The notes: a model not told the origin generated them from the letters alone. A stretch of DNA of 64,000 nucleotides from Thermoproteota archaeon (GCA_024720975.1 JANJXX010000001.1:80970-144969); one strand, 5' to 3'; positions 1-9,023 are shown, counted from the stretch's first letter. Program-made: numbers and translations.

Positions 1-134
1 TTTATCAACACATAAACTCTCTCTCCTGGCACAAATCCAAGCTCAGCTAATCTTTTCATTAACTCAACGTTACCCTCAATATCCACAACTTCAACCCAAG
101 ACTTGGGATCTATTTCTGCCAGATTTCTATGCAT
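1..134 (-). CDS. FeoA-like small domain protein; C-terminal part runs off the window edge, N-terminal 44 aa visible
   Basis: Reverse translation from the ATG at 134..132 gives MHRNLAEIDPKSWVEVVDIEGNVELMKRLAELGFVPGERVYVLI, which fits the FeoA/DtxR-C SH3-like pattern (V..i.g......rL.elGf.pG..v.v). An in-frame ATG at 179 is an alternative start. It is absent from the ORF track because it is truncated. Confidence 0.45.
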   Translation of the reverse strand, partial: MHRNLAEIDPKSWVEVVDIEGNVELMKRLAELGFVPGERVYVLI

Positions 135-326
135 TTTCCCACCATAATATTTTCTATATATAAAAAATTTTAGGCCCATTATAAATAATTAGAAATGCCA
201 AGGAAACATTTGTGTTGAGAAATTACAGCTTAATGCTAGCAGAGTGCGAGCGCGAAAATAGGATCTACTATAAGCAATACACAGAACGAATTAAAGCAAA
301 AAAATATGATTACTTATAAATGCTCT

Positions 327-1295
327 CTATGAGAGCAGTCTGAGTGCTTCTATAATGGTTTTCTTAATACATATCTTCGGCGGAATGCCATGCGTTATTT
401 CATACCAATCCTTGGCAAAGGTCTCTTCCAGTATTCGAACTAACGAAGCTGCTGGTCTTTTGGTCTTTAGTGAATATGTTGCTCCATCAATGCATATGAA
501 CTCACCTTCTTCGCTCCCTATTTCTGCTATCATGGGTATTGTCCTTAGCGTTGCTATCTCTGGATGTGTAATTAGCAATGCCTTCGCTATTGGTATTATT
601 GCTACTTCCCTCTCGTATTTGGATGCTATAGCTCTAAGTTCTGTTGACTTTTCCTCTAGTTGCTTCTTTAAATCCTCTAACTCTCCAATTTTAGTCTTGA
701 GGTTATCCTCCAACTCTTTTATCTTAGCCTTAAGATCGCTCGTATCAACTTCGTATTGCTGCTTAAGTAAGTCAAAGGATCTTCTGAGTTCCTCCAACTC
801 AAGTCCGCGCTTATTAATAATTTCGTCTTTCTCACTTATTAGCCTATCCTTTGCTAGTAGCTCAGCTTCGTAAGTTCTTTTAAGTTCCTCTAGCCTCCCG
901 ACTTTATCGTTCAGTTCATTAATTCTCGCTTCCTGTTCTCTTAACACCCTCTCCTTTTCCTCAAGATTTTTTATTAGCTCATTCCTTTCGGACTGCATAC
1001 TGTTTAGAGCATCCTCAAGTTCCTTAACTCTGGATTCTAACTTGAATTTCTCGGATTCTAGCGCACCTAATTTAGCCTCAACATCTAACCTGGTGGCTTC
1101 AAACTTCTCCTTAAATCTTTCTAGAGCCATCTTCTGCTCTTTAATTGCATTCTCAACGTTTCTAAGTCTAGTAGCTACATCTTTTAGGCCCATATTCTCA
1201 AGCTGCGAAGACAAACCAGCCAAAATAGCTAGAAAGCTATCAACATTTACTATTAAAACATCTAACTCATCAACCAAAGCACTATCAAATGACAA
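327..1295 (-). CDS. Long coiled-coil protein with a C-terminal globular domain, function unknown
   Basis: 322-aa ORF. About 200 central residues are heptad-like and E/K/L-rich (LESEKFKLESRVKELEDALNSMQSERNELIKNLEEKERVLREQEARINELNDKVGRLEELK). The last ~90 aa are not coiled-coil. The TTG start at 1295 is preceded by GGTGA plus a 6-nt spacer. The antisense ORF 355..873 is an S/L-rich mirror artefact. Confidence 0.7.
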   Translation of the reverse strand: MSFDSALVDELDVLIVNVDSFLAILAGLSSQLENMGLKDVATRLRNVENAIKEQKMALERFKEKFEATRLDVEAKLGALESEKFKLESRVKELEDALNSMQSERNELIKNLEEKERVLREQEARINELNDKVGRLEELKRTYEAELLAKDRLISEKDEIINKRGLELEELRRSFDLLKQQYEVDTSDLKAKIKELEDNLKTKIGELEDLKKQLEEKSTELRAIASKYEREVAIIPIAKALLITHPEIATLRTIPMIAEIGSEEGEFICIDGATYSLKTKRPAASLVRILEETFAKDWYEITHGIPPKICIKKTIIEALRLLS

Positions 1296-1435
1296 ATTTT
1301 CTCACCAAAACTTATAAACCAGTGCAGTGAAATATATAATTTTTTTAAAAAAGCAGTACCATCTGAACTTCCGAGAGGTAATAATAAAGTAAATAACGCC
1401 TCTATTTGAAACCAGCAAAGTGCGAAGTAGCTTTA

Positions 1436-2221
1436 CTACAGTGAGCCCCAATCTTCTTCGAGCACTGAAATGCTATTTGCTATGAGCTTAGAAATCCTAC
1501 GCATACTTTTAGTTTTTCTAATTGCGAATACAAAATCTTTTTCTCGATCTTTTTCTGCATTGACAACATCTAGAAATAACCTACTTATCACTACCTTCTC
1601 TTTTTTTGTATCGATAAGCACGAAGTCACCAATATAACCGTAACCGCAGTTTATTGTGACCGACTTCATGCGTTTTTCGACTGCTAACACATGAGTATGT
1701 CCGCTGATCCAAAATTTCGGTTCACACAGGTCCATTAATGTCAATAACTGTTCTAAACCACCACGCCCTCCTTTCGGTAGAAAATCTGCGCAATATCGAG
1801 GTGGTACGTGAGAAACAATTATATCGGCTTTAGTGCAACTTTCCTGAATTTTAGATACTAGTCGTATTAGGTGTTTATCTTCGAAGTACAGAGGCGATAC
1901 TTTTTCTTTTCCATAGATTCCACTGACTCCTAGTATTGTGAGCTCTTCTCCATCGATCTCTAAGTTCACCCAACCTTGCCTGATGTAGTGGACAAATCTT
2001 AGTTTCTTTGCGATTTTGCCTAGGCACAAATGACAGTCGTGATTTCCATGAATCATGACAACGTGCTTTTGAATTCGGCTAATTACCCGAAAGAACTCCA
2101 ATGCCTTTAGCTCCAATATGTCGCCCGCTAGGACCATCATGTCAAAGTTTACCATGTATAAGATGTCTCTAAGCGCATCGATATTGTCGTGAATATCGGA
2201 GATCGCAAGTATCCTTGCCAG
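1436..2221 (-). CDS. Calcineurin-like metallophosphoesterase (start extended to a CTG)
   Basis: GNHD and GHTH motifs lie in the tracked ORF (1436..2155). The open frame upstream encodes ARILAISDIHDN, the obligatory N-terminal DxH metal motif, with no ATG/GTG/TTG available. The CTG at 2221..2219 sits 6-7 nt after GGTGAG (2233..2228), the same SD spacing used elsewhere in the window. Confidence 0.8.
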   Translation of the reverse strand: MARILAISDIHDNIDALRDILYMVNFDMMVLAGDILELKALEFFRVISRIQKHVVMIHGNHDCHLCLGKIAKKLRFVHYIRQGWVNLEIDGEELTILGVSGIYGKEKVSPLYFEDKHLIRLVSKIQESCTKADIIVSHVPPRYCADFLPKGGRGGLEQLLTLMDLCEPKFWISGHTHVLAVEKRMKSVTINCGYGYIGDFVLIDTKKEKVVISRLFLDVVNAEKDREKDFVFAIRKTKSMRRISKLIANSISVLEEDWGSL

Positions 2222-2382
2222 CTTTATCTCACCATAAGGAAGGTTTAAACTTCACAACCATGCTATCTACTCTGTCATTAAACTCTTGCTTTTCAGAACT
2301 TGACAGTTTCTAGTTCTTTCATTAAATTATATTGCTTTTTTACAAATTCCATCCAGTATTCACTCAAATCGAGGCGCTGTCT

Positions 2383-3042
2383 ATGAGCAAAATAAGAGAA
2401 TTTCTTAATAAACTGGAAAAGGCAAGCACAAAGGAGTACAACGATGTACTCAGACAAATTTCTAACGAGGTTTTAAAGGACGAGTTCAAGATTGAGCTTG
2501 AACACGCAACCTTTAGTGACATTGTTGATCTCATTATTGCCATACCTGATGATACCTTTAACGCGCTCGCTGAAAAATTCTCCAATGTTCTCTCTGATAG
2601 AATCAATGAGGGTAAACCTGAGGATTTCGGGAGACTTTTTGAGGGTCTATCAAAAGAGAAGCGAAAAACAATCTCGATGAAGTTTAGGCCTCAAGTTATT
2701 AGGAAACTGTCTGAATTCTCACTTCAAGATGTAATTAAAATGATATACTCGGTTGCGCCAGCATCGAGAGAAATTATTCTAAACCAATATAAGGAGATAA
2801 TGATGCAACCTAACTTTACTAAATTGATTCTTGAAGCCACGGTAGATAACATCGCTGAATTTCTTTCCGTGCTTCCTGAATCAATCCGAACTTCGTTTAT
2901 CAATAGGCATAAGAAGTTTTTCGAAAGTGACGAATTTATCAACAAGATCAAGGATGCCACCGAGGATTCTCGAGCAACACTATTACGCTGGCTACCTGTT
3001 GATTTATCCTCAAAAATCAGGGGACTCGTCCAACGAGGGTGA
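2383..3042 (+). CDS. Alpha-helical repeat protein with MgtE-N/FliG-like helix-turn repeats, function unknown
   Basis: Three repeats of the type FSDIVDLIIAIPDDTFNALAEKF, LQDVIKMIYSVAPASREIILNQY and VDNIAEFLSVLPESIRTSFINRH. The likely start is the ATG at 2383 (MSKIREFL), preceded by GAGG plus 8 nt. The track ORF starts at 2332. Confidence 0.55.
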   Translation: MSKIREFLNKLEKASTKEYNDVLRQISNEVLKDEFKIELEHATFSDIVDLIIAIPDDTFNALAEKFSNVLSDRINEGKPEDFGRLFEGLSKEKRKTISMKFRPQVIRKLSEFSLQDVIKMIYSVAPASREIILNQYKEIMMQPNFTKLILEATVDNIAEFLSVLPESIRTSFINRHKKFFESDEFINKIKDATEDSRATLLRWLPVDLSSKIRGLVQRG

Positions 3043-3048
3043 AGTCAT

Positions 3049-3492
3049 ATGGACACTAATTTGACATTTACTGAAGCGTCTAGTGACTCGGATTTTGTCT
3101 TAGTACTTGAAAAGGGCGATGACGTTACAGAAAGCCTAAAAAAGCTCGCTAAGGAGGAAAATTTAAGTGGCTTTTTCATGGGAATTGGTGCTGTTGCTGA
3201 CCCTACAATCGGCTACTTTGATGTTGAGAAGAAACAATATTTAAAAATGGAGTTGAAGGGTTCATATGAAGTACTTGGCCTCACAGGTAATATAAGTTTC
3301 CTGCCCGACGGAGAGCCATTTGTTCATGCACACATAATTCTAGGAGATAGCAATCATAAGGTTCTCGGTGGACATTTATTTAGCGCTAAGGTTTCAATTA
3401 CTTTGGAGCTTCTCATATTAAGAACGCAAAAGTTGCTCAGAGAGAAGAATCCAGAATTCGACTTATGGCTTATAAGCGGCGCCGAAGAATAG
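3049..3492 (+). CDS. PPC (DUF296) domain protein
   Basis: GIGAVADPTIGYFDVEKKQY...LGLTGNISFLPDGEPFVHAHIILGDSNHKVLGGHL matches the conserved PPC/DUF296 core as I recall it. It starts 7 nt after the upstream gene. Confidence 0.65.
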   Translation: MDTNLTFTEASSDSDFVLVLEKGDDVTESLKKLAKEENLSGFFMGIGAVADPTIGYFDVEKKQYLKMELKGSYEVLGLTGNISFLPDGEPFVHAHIILGDSNHKVLGGHLFSAKVSITLELLILRTQKLLREKNPEFDLWLISGAEE

Positions 3493-3517
3493 TGTTTTAG
3501 GACTAGATGAGCGGAAA

Positions 3518-4066
3518 ATGAGTAACAATCTCGTGGAGAAAAAGCTTAATGCTATTTTTTCAACTCTAAGAAAGATAGAAAAAATGCTCGAATACTTCCT
3601 AGGCGTGCGATCTAAATATGTGGGAATAGCAGCTGAGAAAATCACCGAAGCAGCTCTTAATGAACTATCTAGAAGAGGTGGACTTCAGCTAGGAGATGAG
3701 ATCATACCACCAATAAAGATCATCGGAAGGAACATCAAGGGAAAGAATTATGAGATCGACATATTAGGTGAAGATGCTTCTTCCCGCAAGTGGATTATTG
3801 AGGTAACAACCTACCCAATATTTACCATATCACACGCTGAAAAATTTTATAGACGCGTTGAAAAGTGGCTCGCTGACAATGATGAGAGACCTTGTTTCTT
3901 ATTGATAGCTTATGAGGGTATAGATCACGGTTTGTATTATTTCCTGAAAGACCGCTTGTCAAAATTTTGCGAGGAAGTTATAATTTTAGATAAATTGAGG
4001 AGTGAAGAATTCCTACAAACTTGCTTAGACAAATCCAAATATCGCCTAGATAAGGCACCGTGGTGA
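3518..4066 (+). CDS. PD-(D/E)XK nuclease-fold protein with an N-terminal helical region (DUF1626/PDDEXK_10-like architecture)
   Basis: The core YEIDILGED...WIIEVTT followed by AEKFYRRVEKW...LLIAYEGID resembles the E-x-D ... E-V-[KT] restriction-endonuclease-like motif layout of a crenarchaeal multi-copy family. The motif III lysine is replaced by Thr. Confidence 0.4.
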   Translation: MSNNLVEKKLNAIFSTLRKIEKMLEYFLGVRSKYVGIAAEKITEAALNELSRRGGLQLGDEIIPPIKIIGRNIKGKNYEIDILGEDASSRKWIIEVTTYPIFTISHAEKFYRRVEKWLADNDERPCFLLIAYEGIDHGLYYFLKDRLSKFCEEVIILDKLRSEEFLQTCLDKSKYRLDKAPW

Positions 4067-4067
4067 T

Positions 4068-4847
4068 ATGCTTTATCCCTCAAGAAATATCCCTGCAAAT
4101 AATAACTCCAAAACTCAAAATATTACCGGGGCTCTAACAATTTGCTGGTGCATACCAATGAACAGCGTGCGCATAGGACTTTTCTCTATAGACTTCGTAC
4201 CTAAGACTAGCTGGCACAGAAGCATCGCAAGACTTGCCTGTGGACACATTTGGTTCGGGCGTAAAAGGATTAATATCCCTTTGATTTATAGAAGTACTTT
4301 CAACCGAGTTTGGCGGCGGATTCGACAGAGGGAACTCTTAAGGGTTAGCTACAAATGCGAAATATGTGGTTCCTCAAATCGTCTCCAAGTTCACGAAATT
4401 TGGGAATATGTCAAGGACCAGAGAAGACAAAGACTTAGAGGATATCGAGTCCTTTGCTCAAATTGTCATAGGGTACATCACTCTAGCTATCTAATTAGAA
4501 AGGGCGATGTAAGCTGGCTCGTCGATTACATTATAAGCGTGAATAGAATGAGGGAGATCCAATTGAGCCGAGTAAAAGTATTAGGAGATCTTCAGAGGGC
4601 TTACCGAATCTGGATCGAACGGTCAAATTTCCTGTGGTATATTGATATTAGTTCTGAGAGGTATCTCCATGGTCTTCATTCAATTGCCGATATACTACTA
4701 AATTACTGGATCTATGTCTATAGAAGAAATTCATTGATCAACTGGTTTGAAAGAAAACCTAATTTCGCAAACTTTAATTCCACGATGCACTGTCTGGAGC
4801 ATCTCAAATTGAATTTTTTTGAAAAACTTTTTGTAAGAAGCTATTAG
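4068..4847 (+). CDS. HNH endonuclease-motif protein
   Basis: CEICGSSNRLQVHEIWEY...LCSNCHRVHH gives a CxxC ... H ... CxxC-H treble-clef HNH signature. It starts 2 nt after the upstream stop; an internal ATG at 4158 is an alternative start. The 3' end overlaps the convergent flippase gene by 44 nt. Confidence 0.55.
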   Translation: MLYPSRNIPANNNSKTQNITGALTICWCIPMNSVRIGLFSIDFVPKTSWHRSIARLACGHIWFGRKRINIPLIYRSTFNRVWRRIRQRELLRVSYKCEICGSSNRLQVHEIWEYVKDQRRQRLRGYRVLCSNCHRVHHSSYLIRKGDVSWLVDYIISVNRMREIQLSRVKVLGDLQRAYRIWIERSNFLWYIDISSERYLHGLHSIADILLNYWIYVYRRNSLINWFERKPNFANFNSTMHCLEHLKLNFFEKLFVRSY

Positions 4848-6441
4848 TTCTTATGCCTGCCACAAGGGCTCCTTCTACTATTATGTTAGCAAAATTAATC
4901 ACTGGGAACGATAGTATTGTTTCTTTCATAATTTCATAATCAGCTTTTTTGATGACACCAATTGATGCAAGCACAAATAGGTATACAATTCCTATCCAGA
5001 ATGCTGCCAACACTATTAGTAGCACGTAACTTAACAGTGAATCTCCAAGAATTTTCAACACTACTTTTGTCCCTAGCCCATGTTCTCTAGTTAGATAGAA
5101 CAAAAAAATCGATACAGCAAACATCTTAATTGTACTAGGCCCAGCTGGTTTAGCTTTGTATCGCTTGTAAAGATAAATAAATCCAACTAATGTGTAGACA
5201 AGATATAAGGAGAACAAAGCATAGGGAATAAGCCATAAGGTTTCTACAAATCCTAATCTCTGACAGGTAGTAAATACCACAAGACTAATTCCAGTGCCTG
5301 AAAGACTCATTGTTGCTATTGTTTTGGTTTTTTTAAGCGCCAGGAGAAGGGATGAAATCACATCCCAGCCTATTATACTTAGCAAAAATACTGACATGAG
5401 GTATGATAAAATATCCCCTGCAAGTGCATATGCGTTGCCATAAACAATACTAACACATATATTTGAAAAACCACCTAGGATAAGCCAGAAGTAAACCAAA
5501 ATCGTTGCCGAAAATTTTGCAGCTGGACCATAGAATATATCTATGTTCTTGCTAATCATTTCGAATGATTCGGAAAAACTTGGAAGGAACGATATGCTGA
5601 GTGCATTCGGTATTACTGAAGCTGCAGAAAATATTAACCAGGCTGCACTAAAGTTTCCATACATTTCATTGTCTAAAATTGAAGCTGCGATTATGTTGTA
5701 GAATTGAAAACTAATCGTTATCATAAGCATTCCAATGGCATATGGAATACCATATTTTAACATTGGCAACGCAAGTTTAAGGTTTATGCCGACTCCCCTT
5801 AAAGATCTCAGAGCTTGCGCAAGATATATGACTGCTATTAGACTATACCCTAAAGCTTGTCCAACCAAAGCCATTATCGTCTTCCCGGAATTTATGTAGA
5901 AAGTAATTGCCAGGAAGTTTCTTACTATAGAAGCCGCTATCATAAATAGTGCTACCATTTTCTGCTTTTCAAAACTGAGGAAACCGCCATTTATCACACT
6001 GCTGACAATTGCATAAAATACGATTAGGCTTGCTACCTGCAAGTAAGGGGTCAAGTATTCCCTATTAAACAAGAGTGCCGAAAGGAAACTGGATGAGGCT
6101 ATTATGAATGCTACGAAGAATGCAGACTGAAGACAAACAACTAACAATGCCGATTTAAAGTATTCCAATGCTCTTCTTGGGTCACTACTTCGCAGCGATG
6201 CTGTGTAAAATGTTACAGCACGACCTACCCCAAGATCTCCTATAGCTGATATTATTGACGGAATAATTAATGCTGCTGCATAAAGTCCATAGTTTTCGGG
6301 GCCCATCAGTCTTGCTAGCCATATTGTAGCCAAGACGGAGATCAGTATATTTAGCATCGATCCCAGCGCCAGCCATTCGAATCTTTGATATGTCTTGTAT
6401 ACAGTTCTTCTATAGATATCTTCGTACATTGGATGCACCAC
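4804..6441 (-). CDS. MOP-superfamily polysaccharide/oligosaccharide flippase (Wzx/PST-like)
   Basis: 545 aa and about 14 predicted TM helices by eye. The N-terminus (LGSMLNILISVLATIWLARLMGPENYGLY) is typical of polysaccharide biosynthesis exporters. Confidence 0.7.
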   Translation of the reverse strand: MVHPMYEDIYRRTVYKTYQRFEWLALGSMLNILISVLATIWLARLMGPENYGLYAAALIIPSIISAIGDLGVGRAVTFYTASLRSSDPRRALEYFKSALLVVCLQSAFFVAFIIASSSFLSALLFNREYLTPYLQVASLIVFYAIVSSVINGGFLSFEKQKMVALFMIAASIVRNFLAITFYINSGKTIMALVGQALGYSLIAVIYLAQALRSLRGVGINLKLALPMLKYGIPYAIGMLMITISFQFYNIIAASILDNEMYGNFSAAWLIFSAASVIPNALSISFLPSFSESFEMISKNIDIFYGPAAKFSATILVYFWLILGGFSNICVSIVYGNAYALAGDILSYLMSVFLLSIIGWDVISSLLLALKKTKTIATMSLSGTGISLVVFTTCQRLGFVETLWLIPYALFSLYLVYTLVGFIYLYKRYKAKPAGPSTIKMFAVSIFLFYLTREHGLGTKVVLKILGDSLLSYVLLIVLAAFWIGIVYLFVLASIGVIKKADYEIMKETILSFPVINFANIIVEGALVAGIRTNSFLQKVFQKNSI

Positions 6442-6541
6442 CTCAATAACTTAGATCTTGCAGGCTCTGATTTGCTTAGGAATTCCCCAGACTTTAGGCG
6501 TTTACTAAAAAACGAATAAAAGTCATTTAAGAAATGCTAAG

Positions 6542-7363
6542 TTGGAGTTTCAAATGACCTCCTCAATTAAATTCAAGAATGAGGAAGCAGCACTGTTCTA
6601 CGAAATACTACGAGAGAGCAAATCGCAGATTCTCAGATTCTTGAAAGATAAGAAAGTTGTGGGAACGAATCCACATGGTGAAGCTACTAGATTTTTTGAC
6701 AAAGCAATAGAAAGTACGATCATAAGTAAACTCAGGAAGAAGGGTTTTGAGGGTACAATTATTGGTGAAGAACTTGGAGAATTTAGATGCAAAGACCGTG
6801 GGTTAGTTTATATCGATCCTCTGGATGGAAGTCTAAATTTAGTCCGTGGCATCGATTTTTACTGTCTAAGTTTAGCATATGCCGCAGGACCAAATATAAA
6901 GGAGCTCAAGGTTGGATTCATATGGGATATACCAAGAGATACTATATACTTTGCCGAGAGGGATCACGGTGCTTTCAAACTTAAGGACAAGAAAATAGTT
7001 CGATTAGTTGCCCCACAGGAGGTGGACGAAATCATCATAGACGTAGGTTTCACAACAAACGAACACTGCTTAAGAGAAATTCGAAGTAGAGGGACTCTTA
7101 GACGCATGGGTTCAATTGCATTATCCGCAGCGTTTGTAGCGGATGGCAGGTTTGATGGTGTATTCGATATGGGGGACCTCAAGGTCACGGATGCGATAGC
7201 GGCATACCTGATAGTTAAGGAAGCTGGTGGATATGCCTTTTTGAGTACCTCAGATATAAGCAGAAATTCTAGAGTTAAATTCATAGCCGCGCGCAATAAA
7301 GCACTTTTTGACTGGCTCCTCGAACTGTACAACAGACATATTAAAGTGTTAACGAATGAATAA
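6542..7363 (+). CDS. Inositol monophosphatase / fructose-1,6-bisphosphatase family protein
   Basis: IGEELGE, IDPLDGSLNLVRG (DPxDG[ST]) and a C-terminal VTDAIAAYLIVKEAGG (WD-x-AA-like) motif are present. The size is typical of archaeal IMPase/FBPase. Confidence 0.8.
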   Translation: MEFQMTSSIKFKNEEAALFYEILRESKSQILRFLKDKKVVGTNPHGEATRFFDKAIESTIISKLRKKGFEGTIIGEELGEFRCKDRGLVYIDPLDGSLNLVRGIDFYCLSLAYAAGPNIKELKVGFIWDIPRDTIYFAERDHGAFKLKDKKIVRLVAPQEVDEIIIDVGFTTNEHCLREIRSRGTLRRMGSIALSAAFVADGRFDGVFDMGDLKVTDAIAAYLIVKEAGGYAFLSTSDISRNSRVKFIAARNKALFDWLLELYNRHIKVLTNE

Positions 7364-8291
7364 GAACATAAAGGAGACCGTACTGGACTTGTGCGAAGAG
7401 GGAGATTTAAGGAGGGTGCTGCTATTCTTAGAATCCCTCCCCGAGAAACACAAAGTTGGCGCTATAATGCTATGTGCGCAAAGAGCTCTAGCTAAGAATC
7501 CGCAGATCTTCTGGGAGATTGCAAAGCTACTATTTCCGAGCTATTGGTTTGTTAAGCTGATGTGCTTATCTATATACGGTAATAGACATCTTTGGAGAAA
7601 ATTCTATGAAGCAGCTCTCTCGGCAATTGATCAAATTAGCTTAGGCTATAGAAGCATCTCATATGCAACTTTGTCACAACCAATAGCAGACTTAAGTAGC
7701 CTGGAAGCCATCAAGATTATTAATAAAGCCCTAAACTTGCTTCCTTTTTCATACGAAGACCTAGCGGGAGGTGCTGCCATTATACTGTGTGATGTTTTAC
7801 CCAAGATAAACTCAAAGGCTTACCAATATACGCTTACATTAGCGAATATTGTAAGCAGTTTACCAGCGATAAATGTTGTATCTAAAATTGATATACTCTC
7901 ACGCCTAGCAATAATAGCAAACAACATCAACATTAAACTTGCCGATGAACTCGTAGAGAGGATACTAAAATTAATCCCTAGGGTTGATCCTCTAGAACTT
8001 ATCGAGGTTGAAATTGTAGCCGTAAACTTATTATCAAAACTATACAAAAATCGTGAGAATGAACTACTAGAACTTGCGAAAAATAGCGATTCAGAAAAAC
8101 TGAGTAAGATAGTGAGAATGACTCTTATGAGAATGATAAAGGACCTACCAGACAGTGGGCAAGATCGCGACATATGGAGAGAGCATGATGATGTTTTGAA
8201 TGAACTTCAGGACGTGCTAAAAAGAAGAGCTGAGTTGAAGAAAAGGCTTTCGAGAGAACTCGACAAAATATTGAAGCGACGCAGTTTATAA
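7356..8291 (+). CDS. Alpha-helical repeat protein with a basic coiled-coil tail, function unknown
   Basis: 311-aa all-helical ORF overlapping the IMPase stop by 8 nt (ATGAATAA), so it is probably co-translated. No catalytic motif recognised. Confidence 0.6.
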   Translation: MNKNIKETVLDLCEEGDLRRVLLFLESLPEKHKVGAIMLCAQRALAKNPQIFWEIAKLLFPSYWFVKLMCLSIYGNRHLWRKFYEAALSAIDQISLGYRSISYATLSQPIADLSSLEAIKIINKALNLLPFSYEDLAGGAAIILCDVLPKINSKAYQYTLTLANIVSSLPAINVVSKIDILSRLAIIANNINIKLADELVERILKLIPRVDPLELIEVEIVAVNLLSKLYKNRENELLELAKNSDSEKLSKIVRMTLMRMIKDLPDSGQDRDIWREHDDVLNELQDVLKRRAELKKRLSRELDKILKRRSL

Positions 8292-8412
8292 CCGTTTTAT
8301 CTCACAATCAAACTCCCGCTAAAATCTCATATGTTTTATGACACTACAAAGATAACTTCACTAGAAAGAAGAGTGCTACAAACAACAATGCACAGTTTTA
8401 ATATTTGCATAG

Positions 8413-8428
8413 ATATAAGATATATACT
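8413..8428 (+). promoter_or_regulatory. Candidate TATA element for the C/D box sRNA
   Basis: ATATAAGATATATA lies about 25-30 nt upstream of the C box 5' end, the expected distance for an archaeal TATA box. Confidence 0.3.
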
Positions 8429-8450
8429 CTAAGGCTAATCGCATTGCCCT

Positions 8451-8501
8451 GTGATGAGAAAGTTCCAACTCTGAACTGATGAAGAATCCGCGAGGCTCTG
8501 A
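8451..8501 (+). ncRNA. Candidate C/D box sRNA (2'-O-methylation guide)
   Basis: GTGATGA (C, 8451-8457), 13-nt spacer, CTGA (D', 8471-8474), AC, TGATGA (C', 8477-8482), 15-nt spacer, CTGA (D, 8498-8501). The total is 51 nt. It lies in the gap between convergent genes. The spacers are slightly longer than the canonical 12 nt and the D'-C' loop is short. Confidence 0.5.
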
Positions 8502-9023
8502 TTAAATTCCGGCTAATTTTTGACTTAGAATTGAGGTAGCCTTTATTATAACACAAAAAGATTCGGGGGTGCCAAATTTGAATACTTTTTTAAGCCTTGA
8601 AACAATTCGCATAGCATCCCTCTTTGAGCTCACCGGATTTTCGAACAGACTCCTTATAAAAAGAACAGTGGCCCTGTATATCGATTCAGAAACACTATCG
8701 GTATGATCAGCTTCTATTGCATTAAGCTCTTCTTGGAGAGCATACAAAAGCTTCCGCAATGATTCTACTTTGTAACCTCTAATGCTTCTTAAACTTTCCT
8801 CGGCATCTCCTACTTTCTTAATGTAGTCCGCAAATAGTTTCGTTACTCTTGCACTGTAGTGTATATTCATAGACCTATATAAGGTGTAGAAAACCCTATG
8901 TTTTTCGTCAGTTTGAGCCATCATATTTAGGTGATTTTCAAGCTCTTTTATGTGTGTAAATGTATTGCTACAAACCGGACACTCCACATTAATGGCCTCT
9001 TCCGGTTGCGTCAATCTAAACAC
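8502..9023 (-). CDS. Hypothetical protein with an N-terminal zinc-finger-like motif
   Basis: The N-terminus has CPVCSNTFTHIKELENHLNMM (CxxC ... H ... H). The rest is helical. Confidence 0.5.
   Translation of the reverse strand: MFRLTQPEEAINVECPVCSNTFTHIKELENHLNMMAQTDEKHRVFYTLYRSMNIHYSARVTKLFADYIKKVGDAEESLRSIRGYKVESLRKLLYALQEELNAIEADHTDSVSESIYRATVLFIRSLFENPVSSKRDAMRIVSRLKKVFKFGTPESFCVIIKATSILSQKLAGI

Noticed and set aside
355-873. 172-aa ORF antisense to the coiled-coil gene. Similar long antisense ORFs occur at 12404..13102, 37885..38538, 45634..46269 and 56072..56494.
   Set aside because: All are S/L/F-rich, low-complexity mirror images of E/K/L-rich or repetitive sense genes. They lack SD-spaced starts and have no motifs. 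The sense-strand partners have normal composition and recognisable domains or SD signals.
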